Below the pieces are notes generated by a model that saw only the letters and a program-made list of their open reading frames with translations, searched no databases and was not told the DNA's origin. DNA of 64,000 nt from Malacoraja senta (taxonomy: Eukaryota): NCBI GenBank assembly GCA_038087875.1, contig CM075980.1, forward strand, positions 51,336,001 to 51,400,000, read 5' to 3'. Position 1 is the first letter of the stretch, and each line of letters begins with the position of its first letter. Shown here in pieces: positions 11,450-24,169 of the stretch. A program made the translations under genes and the position numbers.

Positions 11450-13120
11450 GAGATGTTTCTTTAACGGCACTCACTTGCTCCATATCAAAGATGTAGCTGT
11501 GGGAACCAGCAAGGATTCGAGCTCTACCCATTTCATTGAACCCCCCATCACTTTTTTCCGGTACGCCAAAGACTGTATTAGTGCTGCCCCATGCACTCGT
11601 ACAGAGCCTAATTGTTTCATCATCTTCACTGTGAAGTTGCGCCTGGTGCATCTCCAACTTTTTCATTTGCCCTTTCTCAAATTCCTGTCCTCCATTTCCC
11701 AGGATAAGTTAGCAACCAATATATTCATTGCAAATTCACAGAATCCCACAGCTATCTTAACCACATCTCTTTCCCATCTGGTTTGTTACTTCAGTCTCTG
11801 TCCCAGTGCCATCTATTCTGGCAACACTACCTTCCCCACCAATGTTGTCAGTGTGTCTTCCCCTTCCTCATCACATGTTGCCACCCTCCAGCAGAGTTGG
11901 CAACTGTGCCCCATTTTTCACACACTCTTGTTCTCGGCCTCTCTTCACCCATGACAAGGGTAGAGCTCCCCTGTTCTCTCCTTTCACCCCACCACTCTGG
12001 ATATTTATTGGATCACCCTCCCTAATTTCCGACTCCTTCATCTCTTTGCCACCACCTTCATCCAAAAAGACCGTTCCCTCCAGGATGCCTTGCTTTACTC
12101 TTCCAACCTCCATCAACCACTTAGTCATACAGCGTGGAAACATGCCCTTCGGACCAACTTGCCCACACCGACCAGCATGTCCCAGCTACACTAGTCCCAC
12201 GTACCTGCATTTGGCCCATATATCCCTCTAAACCTGTCATATCCAAGTACCTGTCTAAATGTTTCTTAAAAGTTGCGATAATACCTGCCTCAACTAACTC
12301 AACTAGTTATCCCTCGAGCTCTTTCCCCTCCCCCCTCATCTTAAACCGATGTACTCTGGTTCTTGATTCCCATGCTCTGGGTTAGAGACTGAGTCTTTAG
12401 GAGAACAAGTGGAATAGATTGGGTAACCACTGAAGATGTGACACCTGCCATCTTGCCTCTTCCATCCCATCCCATCCCATCCTGGGACACAAACATTTTG
12501 TCCAGATAAAGAATCGTTTACTTTATCCAACATATCTACGGTGTCTATGAAACCAAATTGTATGGCCACTTTGGAAGGTCTTTCTCTCCAGAGCTTTCAT
12601 GTTGCCTGTCACCTCAACCTCGAACCTTTCTTTATCCTTCCTCACTATTCCCACACGACCTCTCTTTAGCCTTCTGCACTATTTCATCAAAGCTCTACAG
12701 AAGCTGAAGGAACAGCACCGGCTCGGTTCATGCAGACTTCCGGTTAAACCATTGTTCAACAGTTTTAAACTGTGTGCCATTACCCATCCTGTATCTCACA
12801 CTTCCAGCATCTCCTGTTAATTCCACACTTCCTTCATCTCTGCCTAGCTACACCTTTTCCAGACATGCCTTATATTGATTATGAAACGTTACCAACCCCT
12901 CTCAATCAGGCTCCAGTCCCTCCTGGCTTCCACTCTCACAGGCTTTCTCATCTTCTCTCTGCCCTTCCCACCTTTTCTGTGCCACTCAAAACTTTAATTT
13001 ACTTCTGGCTTTTTCCAACCATGAAAATATTCTCGACCTGATGCGTTGACATTTCTGCCTCCACGGATGCTGCCTGACCTTTTGATCCTTTCTGGCATTT
13101 TATATTTCCAGCATCTTTGA
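11450..13120 (+). pseudogene. Ancient degenerate PLE (RT remnants, EN remnants, terminal unit), split by an antisense CR1 tail at ~12120-12380
   Basis: CFFNGTHLLHIKDVAVGT ~ FSFDSSHFLQIQGVAMGT; FFRYAKDCISAAPCT ~ YLRYIDDCFGATSCT; LPFLKFLSSISQDKL ~ LPFLDLTISIAGDRL; QKLKEQH ~ RKLEEQH. Confidence 0.7.
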
Positions 13121-13844
13121 TGTTTTGTTCTTGTAGAGGCTGAGATGCTGTTTCTCCTGGTGAATCTAGAACAGTCACAGTGTCTGGATAAGGTCAATCA
13201 TTGAAATTAAGAATATCTTCAGAGTTGAACATTGTTAAATGCCGTACTCTTGGGAATTGTGACTGCTCAGTCGTTAAGTATATTCAAGACTGAAACAGCT
13301 ATACAGATGATAGAGGGATTGGCAGGAAAGTTGATTCCAATGGCATAGCAGGCTTTAGAGTCCATAGGCCTATAACAATTTGTTGTGTTCTTATTGCTTT
13401 GTGCCCTGCCCTGCCCTATCTTTCTCCATGCCCTGACCTACTGCAGGTCACCTGTGTGAAGATGTTTCCCGACCCAAAACATTACCTATCCATGTTCTCC
13501 AGGGGTGCTGCCTGACCCACTGAGTTACTCCAGCACTTAGTCTCATTCCACTGCAGGTCCCCTTGTGTTGCTGTCTAGGGAACATCGATGCCTTTGTCTT
13601 CCTGTTTCATTCTAAACACGTAAAAGGTTCCAAGTGATACATTTATCTCTGAGTTATTTCTAAGTAGCTTGCTGGCAATGCCCAGTCACTAGTGCAGAAT
13701 GTTAAATATGCGAGGCCTGGACCTCCTTGTGACATTGGATCAGCTTTGATAACTAGCAGGAACGTGCGATTTCTTATGGGGTCACAGTTCAGATCATTGT
13801 GCCATTGAATGTGACAAAAGAAGACTTCTCAATTTTCGTCTTCT

Positions 13845-14250
13845 TTGATGTACGCACTTTTTCCTTTTTCCTCTCCTATTTTTCTTTCCTCTTCTCTCAT
13901 TCTCTGTCCTATTTTCTTTTTCTCATTCTTTCCTATTTTATATCTCTCTCTCCTCTTCTCTTTCTCTCCTCTCCCATTTTCTACCTTTTCTCTCCTCGCT
14001 TAATTCTTCCTATTTTCTCTCATTCTTTTTCTTCTTTTTCTCATTCTCTTTTTTTCTTACTTTTTTTATCCCTCTTTTGCTCTTCTATTTTATTTATTTC
14101 TCTTCCATTTTCTTTATCTTTTCTCTCCTCGCCTATTTTCCTTCCCTCTCCTATTTTCTCATTCTCTCTCTTCAATTTTCTTTCTCTTTCGCTCCTCTTT
14201 TTCTCTCCTCCTATCTTTCTCTCCCCATCTCTGTCTCTCCTATTTTCTGT
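13845..14250 (+). repeat. Polypyrimidine (CT-rich) low-complexity tract
   Basis: About 400 bp almost exclusively C/T with degenerate ttctc/ctatttt units. Confidence 0.9.
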
Positions 14251-14694
14251 CTGCTGGCCGAAGCAACTGCTGAATGTGAGCTCGTGAAGAATGGGATGAT
14301 GCATTCCAAAGCAATGTGGTGCCTGGTAGTTCTGATACGGTCTGGGAAATATCCTGGCGTGGACTTCGCTGTTGTTTTGTGTGCAGAGGAAAGTTGGAGA
14401 ATAGGGCTTGCTTTTATATTGCACTGTATGTATGTGTTGTGGCAAACAGCATGGTCCAGCACGCAGTGAGGAGACAAATGGCCAGCTAACCCATTCTTCA
14501 TGGATTATGCCCTGAAAGCAGTAAAAGCTACAGCACATCAAACACTGCTGGAGAATGTTTCACACACTTGAAGCATCAGGTCAGTTGGGGAGCATCAGTG
14601 TCCAATTTCTCTATCAGGGCCAGGAACTCCCATTTATTTATGTTCCTATATTACTGCAGTGAAGTGGCAGATTAGTTGGTGTTACTATCCTCTG

Positions 14695-15460
14695 CAAGAT
14701 ATTGGTGAGGCCACATTTAGAATATTGTGTTCAGTTTTTGTCTCCCTGTTATAGGAAATATAACAATAAAGCTGGAAAGGTTGCAGAGAAGATGTACAAG
14801 GATAGACACAAAGCTGGAGTAACTCAGCGGGAGAGGCAGCATCTCTGGAGAGAAGGAATAGGTGACGTTTCGGGTCGAGACCCTTTGTCTGAAGAAAGGT
14901 CTCGACCCAAAATGTCACCTATTCCTTCTCTTGAGATGCTGCCTGTCCTGTTGAGTTACTCCAGTTTGTTGTGTCTATCTTTGGTTTAAACCAGCATCTG
15001 CAGTTCCATCCTACAGATTTTCAAGGATATTGCCACGACACTAGGTGGGTGAGGGCCTGGGCTGCAGAGAGAGGTTCGGCAAGCTTGGACTATTCCTTGG
15101 AGCACAGGAGGATGAGGGATGATCTTACAGAGGTGTACAAGGTCATGGGTAGAATAGATGGGGTAAATGCGCAGAGTCTTTTACCCAGAGTAGGGGCATC
15201 AAAAACCAGACGACATGGTTTTAAGGTGAGAGGGGAAAGGTTTAATAGGAACCTGAGGGACAGCTATTTTACACAAAGGGTGGTTAGTAGTTGAGGTGGA
15301 TCCTATCACAATGTTTATAAAACATTTGGACAGGTACATGGATAGGAAAGGTTTAGAGGGATATGGGCCAAACGCAGGCAGGCTAAGTTGTGTAGATGGG
15401 GCATTATTGTTGGTGTGGGCAAGTTGGACTGAAGGGCCTGTTTCCACGCTTTATGACTGA
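14695..15460 (+). mobile_element. CR1-type (HER1-like) LINE 3' fragment, interrupted by an inverted PLE dimer
   Basis: LVRPHLEYCVQF, TRRHGFKVRGERF, FTQRVV; tail gaagggcctgtttccacgct. Confidence 0.85.
14800..15015. mobile_element. Inverted dimer of HHR-bearing PLE units
   Basis: gatagacaca..ggtgacgtttcgggtcgagaccctt | tctgaagaaaggtctcgacccaaaatgtcacc..tgtgtctatc; caaggata repeated at both flanks. Confidence 0.85.
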
Positions 15461-15479
15461 CTCCTGGCACCATTTGTAC

Positions 15480-15933
15480 TAGGGTTGCCAGCTGTCCCGT
15501 ATTAGCTGGAACATCCTGTATATTGGGCTAAATTGGTTTGTCCCATACGGGACGGCCCATTTGACTGCTACTACTCTGGTTGAGGGGACTGTGGGTCTGA
15601 GCGCCGCGTCCGGCCCCGCCTCACCCATCCCGACGTAGTGCAGCCTCGTCTGTGGCCCTGTCTGTCGGCAGCCCTGGCCAACTGTCCGACCTTCGGACCT
15701 TCGCTTACCGCTGACACCACCACCCCTCCTTCTCATGGCTGACATCGCGTGCAAAGTCCAACGCCCGGGCCAAAACTCCTCAGCCGGCTGGGCTTTGTGT
15801 GCAGTCCAGTACCTGGGGCCAACTCATCATTCACCCAGCCACGGCCGAGTCGCTCAACCAATTGCCATTGGGAATTTGTCCCTTGTTTTGACTTTTTGTC
15901 CCTTATTTGGGAGTGAGGAAGTTGGCAACCCTA
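15480..15933 (+). mobile_element. Non-autonomous hAT transposon (MITE; Blackjack/MER53/MER81-like termini)
   Basis: TIRs tagggttgcca / tggcaacccta; perfect 8-bp TSD atttgtac (15472-15479, 15934-15941); subterminal gtccc repeats. Confidence 0.9.
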
Positions 15934-16584
15934 ATTTGTACCCAAGGGATAAAGAGCTCAGTTGGTGGTAGTGTTGCTGAATCATCCCATGTTACAGTGT
16001 GAAGTTAGCAGAGAAAAGCCCAAAGACGTACAGGTATGCAGGTTAATTGGCTTGGTGTATGTGTAAATTGTCCTTGGTGTGTATAGGATAGTATTAGTGT
16101 GTGGGGATCGCTGGTCGGTGTGGACTCGGTGGGCCAAAGGGCCTGATTCCGCGCTGTATCTCTAAACTAAAAAGCCCAAAGTATTTCATCCCGAGTGTCT
16201 CACTTATTAGGAACTTGGGGGTCTAAACCCTTCAACATCTATACCCAAAATCTGGTGCCGCACGGGCAACAGTAGCATGCATACAGTGAGTTAATAGTAG
16301 TCATTGACTGCCTATAGACTCTTTGGAGTCAGAATCCTGTGTACGCTAGTGCTGTTTCTCTAGCTTTCAGCTTGTCCATTGATGTCACCCAAAATTTATT
16401 ACTGGTGAGATTTTTCAGTTTAATTAGTGAGCAGTAAAGCATGATATGTGGCAGGTATCAGCAGGGTGAGGCTGCACAGACCCTGAGGCAAGGTTTGCGA
16501 GGGTGAGGGTGACTGCATCTTCCCCTAGAAGAGCAGCGTAGGAACTAGTGTTTGTTTGATGCATGAGGAGTTAAGTGTGAATAG

Positions 16585-17650
16585 TTTAGTTTATTATTGT
16601 CGCACGTACTACGGTACAGAAGATAATAAAAGACTATACATGAATACAATCAAGCAGTGTACAGTGACAAAGAGAAAGGATAAAGGGGACAACATTTAGT
16701 GCAAGATAAGTCCGATTAACGATAGTTCAAAGGTCTCCATTGAGGTAGATGGGATGTCAGGATCACACTCCAGCTGATGTGGACCGTTCAGTTGCCTAAA
16801 CAGCTGGAAGAAATTGTCTCTGAATCTAGAGGTGCGCGTTTTCACACTTCTGTACCTCTTCCTTGATAGGAGAGAGGGAAAGAGGGAGTGAGATGCTGCT
16901 GGCCTTGCCGAGGAAGTGTGAAGTGTAGGAGGTTGGGTCAATGGAAGGGGGGCTGGTTTGAGTGATGGTTTGGGCTACGTCCACATCTCTCTGCGATTTC
17001 TTGCAGTTTTGGATGGAGCTGTTCCCAAACTGGGCTGGGATGCATCTCAATAATATGCTTTCTACGACGCATCTATAGAGGTTGGTGAGGGTAGTTAGGG
17101 GCGTGCCTCTCCTTCTCCAGGTCTGTCCTCACCTTCTCCATCGTGGTCTGGTTTGGCTCTGCCACCAAGCACGACATCCGGAGGCTGCAGCGAATCGTCT
17201 GATCAGCTGAGAAGGTTATTGGCTGCAACCTTCCCTCCATTGATGAACTGTACACTGCAAGGTCCAGGAAGTGAGCGGGTAAGATCCTGGCCACAAACTC
17301 TTTAAATCACTTCTCTCTGGAAGACGACTCCAGACTGTCAAAGCTACCACAGCCAGACATAAAAACAGCTTTTTTCCACGAGTAGTAGCTCTAATCAATA
17401 ACCAAAAATCTGTAGCCTCCTTTTGCTCTCGTATTTTACGTAATTCACATGTTTAATCAATAATGTTTTATTATTAATATTTAATGTTTTATGTGTCATT
17501 CCTAACTGTCACTGTAGGTCGTTGTTACTTGCGGGCGGAGCACCAAGGCAAATTCCTTGTATGAGAATACTTGGCCCATAAACTTATTCATTCATTCAAA
17601 CTTCCTAAGCCTTCTAAGGAGTAGAGACTTTGGTGTGCTTTCTTGGTCAT
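16585..17650. mobile_element. Rex1/Babar 3' fragments (minus copy with a nested plus copy at ~17127-17590)
   Basis: SRKRYRSVKTRTSRFRDNFFQ on minus; plus-strand copy ends in aaattccttgtatg..cataaacttattcattcattca. Confidence 0.7.
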
Positions 17651-18215
17651 ATCTCTGGCAGAATGGGGAAGCTTCTACTGCAGATGAATCCAGCTCCGTT
17701 CTGAGTGCATGGCTGGACATCCTAGAGTGAAGGTGTTCATTGAGAGTACTATTGCCGTGGCACATCCATGGCAACTTCTCACCGTGAGTGATCTCTGCAC
17801 AAGCCTCTTCCACAGGGTCCTCCACACCCAGAAGGATCTCTATTCTCCCTGACAGTTGCAGTGTGCAGTCATTACTTGCCAACACTCCCCGGCCACTGAT
17901 CGGGGGCTGTTTTTTATTGTGCGGTGTCCTTCTCAGGACTACTTTCTGAGTCAATAACTCTGAGGGAAGGTGTGACCATCCATTGGAAAAATCGCCCCCC
18001 CCAAAGCCCGCTGTTCCTGAAGCACAGCAGTGTGATGCAGGCTGGGCTCACACTTACATTAATGTCATTGTATGTTGTAGAAATTCTTTTTAAAAGGCTT
18101 TTTGATGGTAAATCGTTTATTCTCAAAAAATGGTGCAGGTGAAGTCTTGGTTTATTCAAGTTTAAAGGAAAATGAATCATAGATTGAAAAGTACTGGAAA
18201 GATGAGTTGTGAATA

Positions 18216-18510
18216 GTTTAGTTTAGAGATGCAGCATGGAAACGGGTCCTTTGGCCCACAGTCCATGTTGATCATTGATCACCCATTCAAACGTTCACAC
18301 TAGTTCTATGTTATCCCACTTTCTCATCCACTCCCTACACACTAGAGGCAATTTCCAGAGGCCAATTAACCTACAAAGCCGCATGTCTTTGGAACGTGGG
18401 AGAAAACCAGAGCACCCAGATGAAACATACACTTCACAGAGTTCATGATCGGACCCGGGTCTCTGGCACTGTGAGGCAGCAGCTCTACCAGCTGTGCCAC
18501 TGTGCTGCCC
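18216..18510 (-). mobile_element. tRNA-derived V-domain SINE
   Basis: Antisense head (gggcagcacagtggcacagctggtagag), core, and ctaaactaaac tail. Confidence 0.8.
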
Positions 18511-18974
18511 TTAAGTCCTGAGTATTTTAATATTAAATTGAGATGCAAGGTAATCCAGTTTAAAATGTCTGGGACTGCCATTCACAAAAGTGGTTACAAC
18601 CTGGAATTATGCTCCTCCATGGAGTGGAGACAAAGACCTCGAGTCCCTGAGGATGTTGCATAAGGTGACATGAATTATTGATTCTTGTACCTTCCCAGCT
18701 TTAGGCAAGGTTTGCCTTGGTTTCTGTCTGGTCTGGAAGAGTCAACGGTAGTTGTTTGCGGAGTGGACAAGTGCTTGATGCCGATGCAAGGGAACATACA
18801 TGTCCCCTTTGTTCACCAGCAGAACTATTGGTTCATAGGAACATGGACACATAGAAAATGGGTGCAGGAGTAAGCCATTTGACCCTTCGAGCCAGCACCG
18901 CCATTCAATATGATCTTCTTCTTGCTTATGGCGTGCATAGCCTAAAGTTGTAAGACAACTTGTTCTGTTTGATG

Positions 18975-19380
18975 GTAGACAAAAATGCTGGAGAAACTCA
19001 GCGGGTGAGGCAGCATCTATGGAGCGAAGGAAATAGGCAACGTTTCAGGTCAAAACCCTTCTTCAGACTGATGTGAGGGTGGGGTGGGGTGGGTCGGCGG
19101 AAGAAGAGTTGGAGCCAGTGGGCTGAGGGAGAGCTGAGAAGGGGAGGAGAAAGTAAGGACTACCTGAAATTAGAGAAGTCAATGTTCATACCGCTGGGGT
19201 GCAGACTGCCCAAGCGAAATATGAGGTGCTGCTCCTCCAATTTACGGTGGTCCTCACTCTGGCCACGGAGGAGGCCCAGGACAGAAAGGTCGGATTCGGA
19301 ATGGGAGGGGGAGTTGAAGTGCTGAGCCACCGGGAGATCAGGTTGGTTGTTGCGAACCGAGCGAAGGTGTTCGGCCAAGC
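18975..19380 (-). mobile_element. Young PLE 3' fragment (EN C-terminus + HHR unit)
   Basis: ORF 19160-19378 AEHLRSVRNNQPDLPVAQHF…KLEEQHLIFRLGSLHPSGMNI is nearly identical to the end of the 4100 ORF. Confidence 0.9.
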
Positions 19381-19439
19381 GATTTTGATGTTATGTTTGA
19401 TCTTCCAACGTATTAGATAAACAAAAACGGCAAGAAAAA

Positions 19440-19915
19440 CGTCGTCAGAATGTACAATATTTCACAGTATAGTGTTATAGCAGGACAAAATATTGGCTCT
19501 GGGGTGTGTGTTCAGTGTGGAGTTCAGAGTGGTGATGGCCTTGGGGTAGAAACTGTCTGTTAATCTAGTGGTGTGTGATTTGATGGATCTGTAACGCTTT
19601 CCTGAGGGCAGAAGGGCAAACAAGTGACGTGCGGGATGAGATGGAGCAACGGTAGAATGACACTAGAAGCTGTTGTGGCAAGTTGACTTTCCTGAGTGAT
19701 CTTAGGAAGTAAAGTCGTTGTTGTGCCTTCTTTATCAGTGAGTTTGTGTGAGTTGACCACCTGAGATCTGCTGAGATGTGGGTGCCCAGGAACCTGAAAC
19801 TGGAGACTCTGTCCACTCTTTCTCCGTTTATGTGCAGTGTGGGATGGTCACCCTGCTTCTTCCTGAAGTCAATGATGAGCTCTTTTGTATTCTTGGTATT
19901 GAGTGCTAAGTTGTT
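19440..19915 (-). mobile_element. Rex1/Babar-type LINE RT fragment
   Basis: NNLALNTKNTKELIIDFRK…FRFLGTHISADLRWS…KKAQQRLYFLRSLRK. Confidence 0.85.
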
Positions 19916-20246
19916 CCACAGATTCACAGCTCTCTGGGTGGAAAATGTTTTTCCTCATCTCAGTCCAAATTGGCCTAATGTGGAATAGAGCTCTGCACGT
20001 CCCACTCACCTCACCCCAGCCTCTGGTAGCTCAAGTATGGTTGGCTTCAATGTCTATTGGGTTGGTCTTAGTACATTTCTTTAGAGGTTTGCACCTTCCT
20101 TTCAATAATAGCTACTATCTTGGTGGCCTCTCAAATCCTGTAAAAACATAAGCAGGGGTCATTGATGCTAGAATGTGGCTCGTATCTCTGGGACTGTATT
20201 CTGGTAGGAGTCAGTTGCAAGCCAAGTGGGAGAAAGTATGTGTTAA

Positions 20247-20370
20247 AGAAGGAACTGCAGATGCTGGAAAATCGAAGGTACACAAAAATGCTGGAGAAAC
20301 TCAGCGGGTGCAGCAGCATCTATGGAGCGAAGGAAATAGGTAACGTTTCGGGCCGAAACCCTTCTTCAGT
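20247..20370 (-). mobile_element. Solo 124-bp HHR-bearing PLE terminal unit with a 21-bp TSD
   Basis: gtgggagaaagtatgtgttaa at 20226-20246 and 20371-20391; minus strand reads CUGAAGAAGGGUUUCGGCCCGAAACGUU. Confidence 0.9.
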
Positions 20371-22205
20371 GTGGGAGAAAGTATGTGTTAATTCCTCACA
20401 TTCGCACAAGGAAACGTCTTGAGAAGCATTTACAGTAGTTGTGTTCATCAGTGTAGCCTACAGTCACCTGGGGCAAAATTGTCAGTGACAGTGAAAGCAG
20501 GGCAGTTTCTATTAGTTTATAGATGCAAAAAGCTGGAGTAACTCTGCTAGTCAGGCAACATCCCTGGAGAAAAGGAATAGATGGCATTTGGGACCTTTCT
20601 CTGCCTCGACCCTTCACTGCCCTGATCCAAAACATCATCTCCAGAGATGCTGCCTGGCCCGCTGAGTTACTCCAGCTTTTTGTGGCAGCTTTTTGTCTAC
20701 CAGCTTTTTGTGCCTATCTTTGGTGTAAACTGACATCTGCAGTTCCTCCTTGCATAGTTTCTGTTAGTTGTTGGGATTAATTTAAAATTGTAGTTGGAGA
20801 CTAATCCAGTCAGCTGCGTGAATCTGAGGTGTTGACCGATGCCATGGATAGAGATGGAGCGATGACAATGAGGTGTGGCCAAGAAAGAGTCCTGGTGCTC
20901 TTCACATTATGGATGTGGAATGTTTGGCAAATTCTGAGGCAAAAATACAAACACCAAGATAATACACCACTTCCTTGCTCATTTCCGACAAGTTTATCCA
21001 AAAGGATTTAGCTGGCAGCAGTCTAAAGCCTTTACTTGCCTGAGTGGAGATATAATAAGCAGCACCTTGTGCTTATTTGCCTGAGTGGAGATATATTAAG
21101 CAGACACAAAGTGCTGGATTAAGTAACTCAGTGGGTCGGGCAGCATCTCTGGAGAGAAGGAATAGGTGACTTTTTGGATTAAGGCACTTGTTATTGGTCC
21201 ACTTTGTCCAATTGCTCCAGGCTCACGGGCCACTGTTATGGTTTAAGTCTTCCATCAATATTGGGATGGGACTACATAATACCCCTTCCAGGAGCTGGGG
21301 CATTGTTTGTGCATTGCCTCATTTGTATTGCCATTCACAGTGATTCAGGGATTATTGGTTTTAATGTATAATCCAGAGATCTAGATTAATCATCTGAGTA
21401 CATTCATTTCAATTCCACTGCAAGGCTTAATTATTTAATTGAGGATTTTACTAAACTTGTAGCATTACAGATGATGACTGTGGAAAATCCGATTGGATTC
21501 ACTAATGCCTTTCTGGAAGTAGAAGCTGTTTTCCTTTCTCCCCTGACCTATATGAAACTCCAGACACAAAACAAGTTGTTTGACTCCTTTTAAAAAATCA
21601 TCTCAAAGTTCTGAGTAACTCAGGCGGTCAGGCAGCATCTCTGGAGGACATGATTGGGTGATGTTTCGGGTTGAGACCATTCTGCAGATATGAAACGTCG
21701 CCTATCCATGTCATCCAGAAATACTGCCTGACCCACTGAGTTTAGACTTTATTTTCAAGATACAGAGCGGGAATGGGGCCCTTCAACCCACTGAATCTGC
21801 ATGGACCAGTGATCACCTCGTATACTAACACTATCCTATACATTAAGGACACATTTAAAAAAAATTGCCGAAACCAATTAACTGACAAACCTGTGCGTCT
21901 TTTGAGTGTGAGAGAGAATGGCTGATCGATGGTTGGAGTGGACTCTATGGGCCGAAGGGCCTGTTTCCATGCTGTATCTTTCATTCAAATGTATTGGAAT
22001 TTATTGGGTTGGTGACTACCAGAATTGATGGGAGAGAACCAATGGATATCGTATATATTTGAACTCGAGTCCAACATCAGAAAATAAATGAAAGCACTAG
22101 GGATTGGAATTGCTGCACCCACAAGCATAGAGATTTGGCAGATGAGAAAGAATAGGAATTAATAAGTCCATGGCAGCAGTGGGGCAATTGCTGGTTGAGA
22201 CTTTA

Positions 22206-22460
22206 CTTCAGACTTTAGAGATACAGCGTGGAAACAGGCCCTTGGGTCCATCATGTTCGTATCAACCAGCGATCACCTCGTACACTCACATTATCCTACA
22301 CATTCAGGACAAAATACAATTTTTACCTAAGTCAATTAACCTACAGACCTGCACGTCTTTTGAGTGTGGGAGGAAACTAGAGCACTCGGAGAAATCCCAC
22401 GTGGTCACAGGGAGAACATACAAACTCTGTACAGGCAGCACCTGTAGTCGGGATGGAAGC
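22206..22460 (-). mobile_element. V-domain SINE (head truncated)
   Basis: Antisense core and tail. Confidence 0.75.
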
Positions 22461-22860
22461 CAGGTTTGCAGGTTTCCGGGATACTGTCAGATGTGATCAT
22501 GTGCAATTGATGCAGGCTCTTCAACACTGACCATCGAGTGCCATTAAAACTAATGAAAGATTCATCCCTTTTTATCCATGTATGTTTCCAGCAACTGTCC
22601 CCAGACTCCACCACCCCCTCTCATTCTAGGGGCAATTTGCAGTCAATTAACAGACCATATATATATATTTTTTTGGGGGGGGTGTGTGAGGAAACCGAGC
22701 ATCCAGAGGAAAGCAACCAGGTGAAAAGGAGAAGGTGTAAACTTCACTTCTCCAGCAGTGGAGCTCAGCATTGAATCGGAGTCACAGGAGCCGTGAGCTA
22801 GCTGTGCGATTTTGCTCCCCATATTTCTGCCCTGGCTACAATCGATTAAGGCATCACCTT

Positions 22861-23110
22861 AGCGCAGCAGTAGAGTTTCTGCCTTTCAGCGTCAGAGACC
22901 CAGGTTTGATCCTGACTACGGGTGCTGTCTACGCGGTGTTTGTATGTTCTCCCTGTGACCGCGTGGGTTTTCCTCGGGTGCTCCGGTTTCCTTCCACACT
23001 CCAAAAGTGTACAGGTTAATTAGCTTTGGTTGAATTGGTGATCACTGGTCGGTGATCACTGGTCGGTGCGGACTCGGTGAGCCCGTTTACGCGCTGCATC
23101 TCTAAATTTA
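22861..23110 (+). mobile_element. tRNA-derived V-domain SINE
   Basis: Head, core and tail, with an internal 14-bp tandem duplication (ggtgatcactggtc). Confidence 0.8.
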
Positions 23111-23669
23111 AGTGCAGAGGTTAACTTGGGAGATGTACCTGGGATAGTTAAGGCTGCCTTTTTCACTGGCGGGTGAGTTTGCTAACTTTGACCCATGAGG
23201 AAGGTTTCAGTCTGATCACACACGCGCCTGTGGCCTTGAGCAGCTGGACAAATAAGCAATGAGGGCAGGTGGATGAATGACCAGACGAGCATCTCTGAAT
23301 CTGTGTGCTGGGTGGGCAGACTGTCTGTGCGGTGGGGACTGGAGTGTGTGGTGGGGGGGGGGGGGGAGGGGGTTGGGTGGGAGGAGGCGTGGTTTGTTGG
23401 TTTATTGACGGCAGTGGAGCAGATGGGGCGTGCAGCTCCCGTGCATCTGACTTTGATTGAAGACTACGATGCTGAGAATCCGTCTGCTTCTTGGTTCAGT
23501 TCCGGCTTATTGTTTCATTATGAACCTCGCATCAAACAAGCACTCTGCAAAAAGTGAGAGTCTGAAGAAACTCGACCTCGTTTGGAGCTGAGGGGGGGTG
23601 GGGGGGGGGGACCGTGGAGATTAAAAAAAAACACGAGGGGAACGGGTGGGGTGAATGCACAGTCTTTTA

Positions 23670-23975
23670 GCCAGGGTAGGGGGTTCGAGAACCAGAGAAC
23701 GTGCTTGAGTTGAGAAAGGCACGATTTAATACAAACCAGAGGGACAACCTTATCACACAAGAGGGTGGTGGGTATTTGGAATGAGCTACCAGAGGAGGTA
23801 GTTGAGGCAGGTAATATGATAACATTTAAAATACATTTGGACAGGTACATGAATAGGAAAGATTTAGAGGGATATATGGGCCAAATGCAGGCAAATTAAA
23901 GTGGTGTAAATGGGGCATCTTGGTTGGCATGGATGAGTTGGGTCAAAGAGCCTGTTTCTGTGCTGTACCACTCTG
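23670..23975 (+). mobile_element. CR1-type (HER1-like) LINE 3' end
   Basis: Homologous to 15170-15460. Confidence 0.75.
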
Positions 23976-24169
23976 AGCTGCAGAGAGACAATAGTCTATA
24001 GTTGCAGAGGTGTCAACTGTATGCAGCTGTAATGCTGTTGAGCTACATGCTGGCTAGTTGCCCCTGTGGAGGTGACCTTGATGATCCTTGCCAGTGTCAG
24101 GCTTGTTCTTTGCCAAGTCTATTTAATCTCAGATACATCAGTCTTGTTGCATGAAAGTTGACTGCAGAG

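Noticed and set aside
13799-14541. F/S/L-rich and K/E/R-rich ORFs resembling membrane or charged proteins
   Set aside because: Translation of the low-complexity CT tract.
18914-18974. Short pieces ending in aagaagaag (also ~25830-25885), possibly RTE-like 3' tails
   Set aside because: Too short to assign to a family from sequence alone.
21036-21103. Local ~27-bp direct duplication (ttgcctgagtggagatata.taagcag)
   Set aside because: Only two copies next to a PLE unit; most likely a local duplication or insertion scar.
21340-21590. Possible older SINE or CR1-related remnants (also ~38915-39030, 47595-47690, 52690-52790)
   Set aside because: Too degenerate to delimit or classify reliably by eye.
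23353-23610. Poly-G runs and G-quadruplex candidates (also 5784-5804, 9860-9890, 60335-60410)
   Set aside because: Simple homopolymer or low-complexity runs with no evidence of function.
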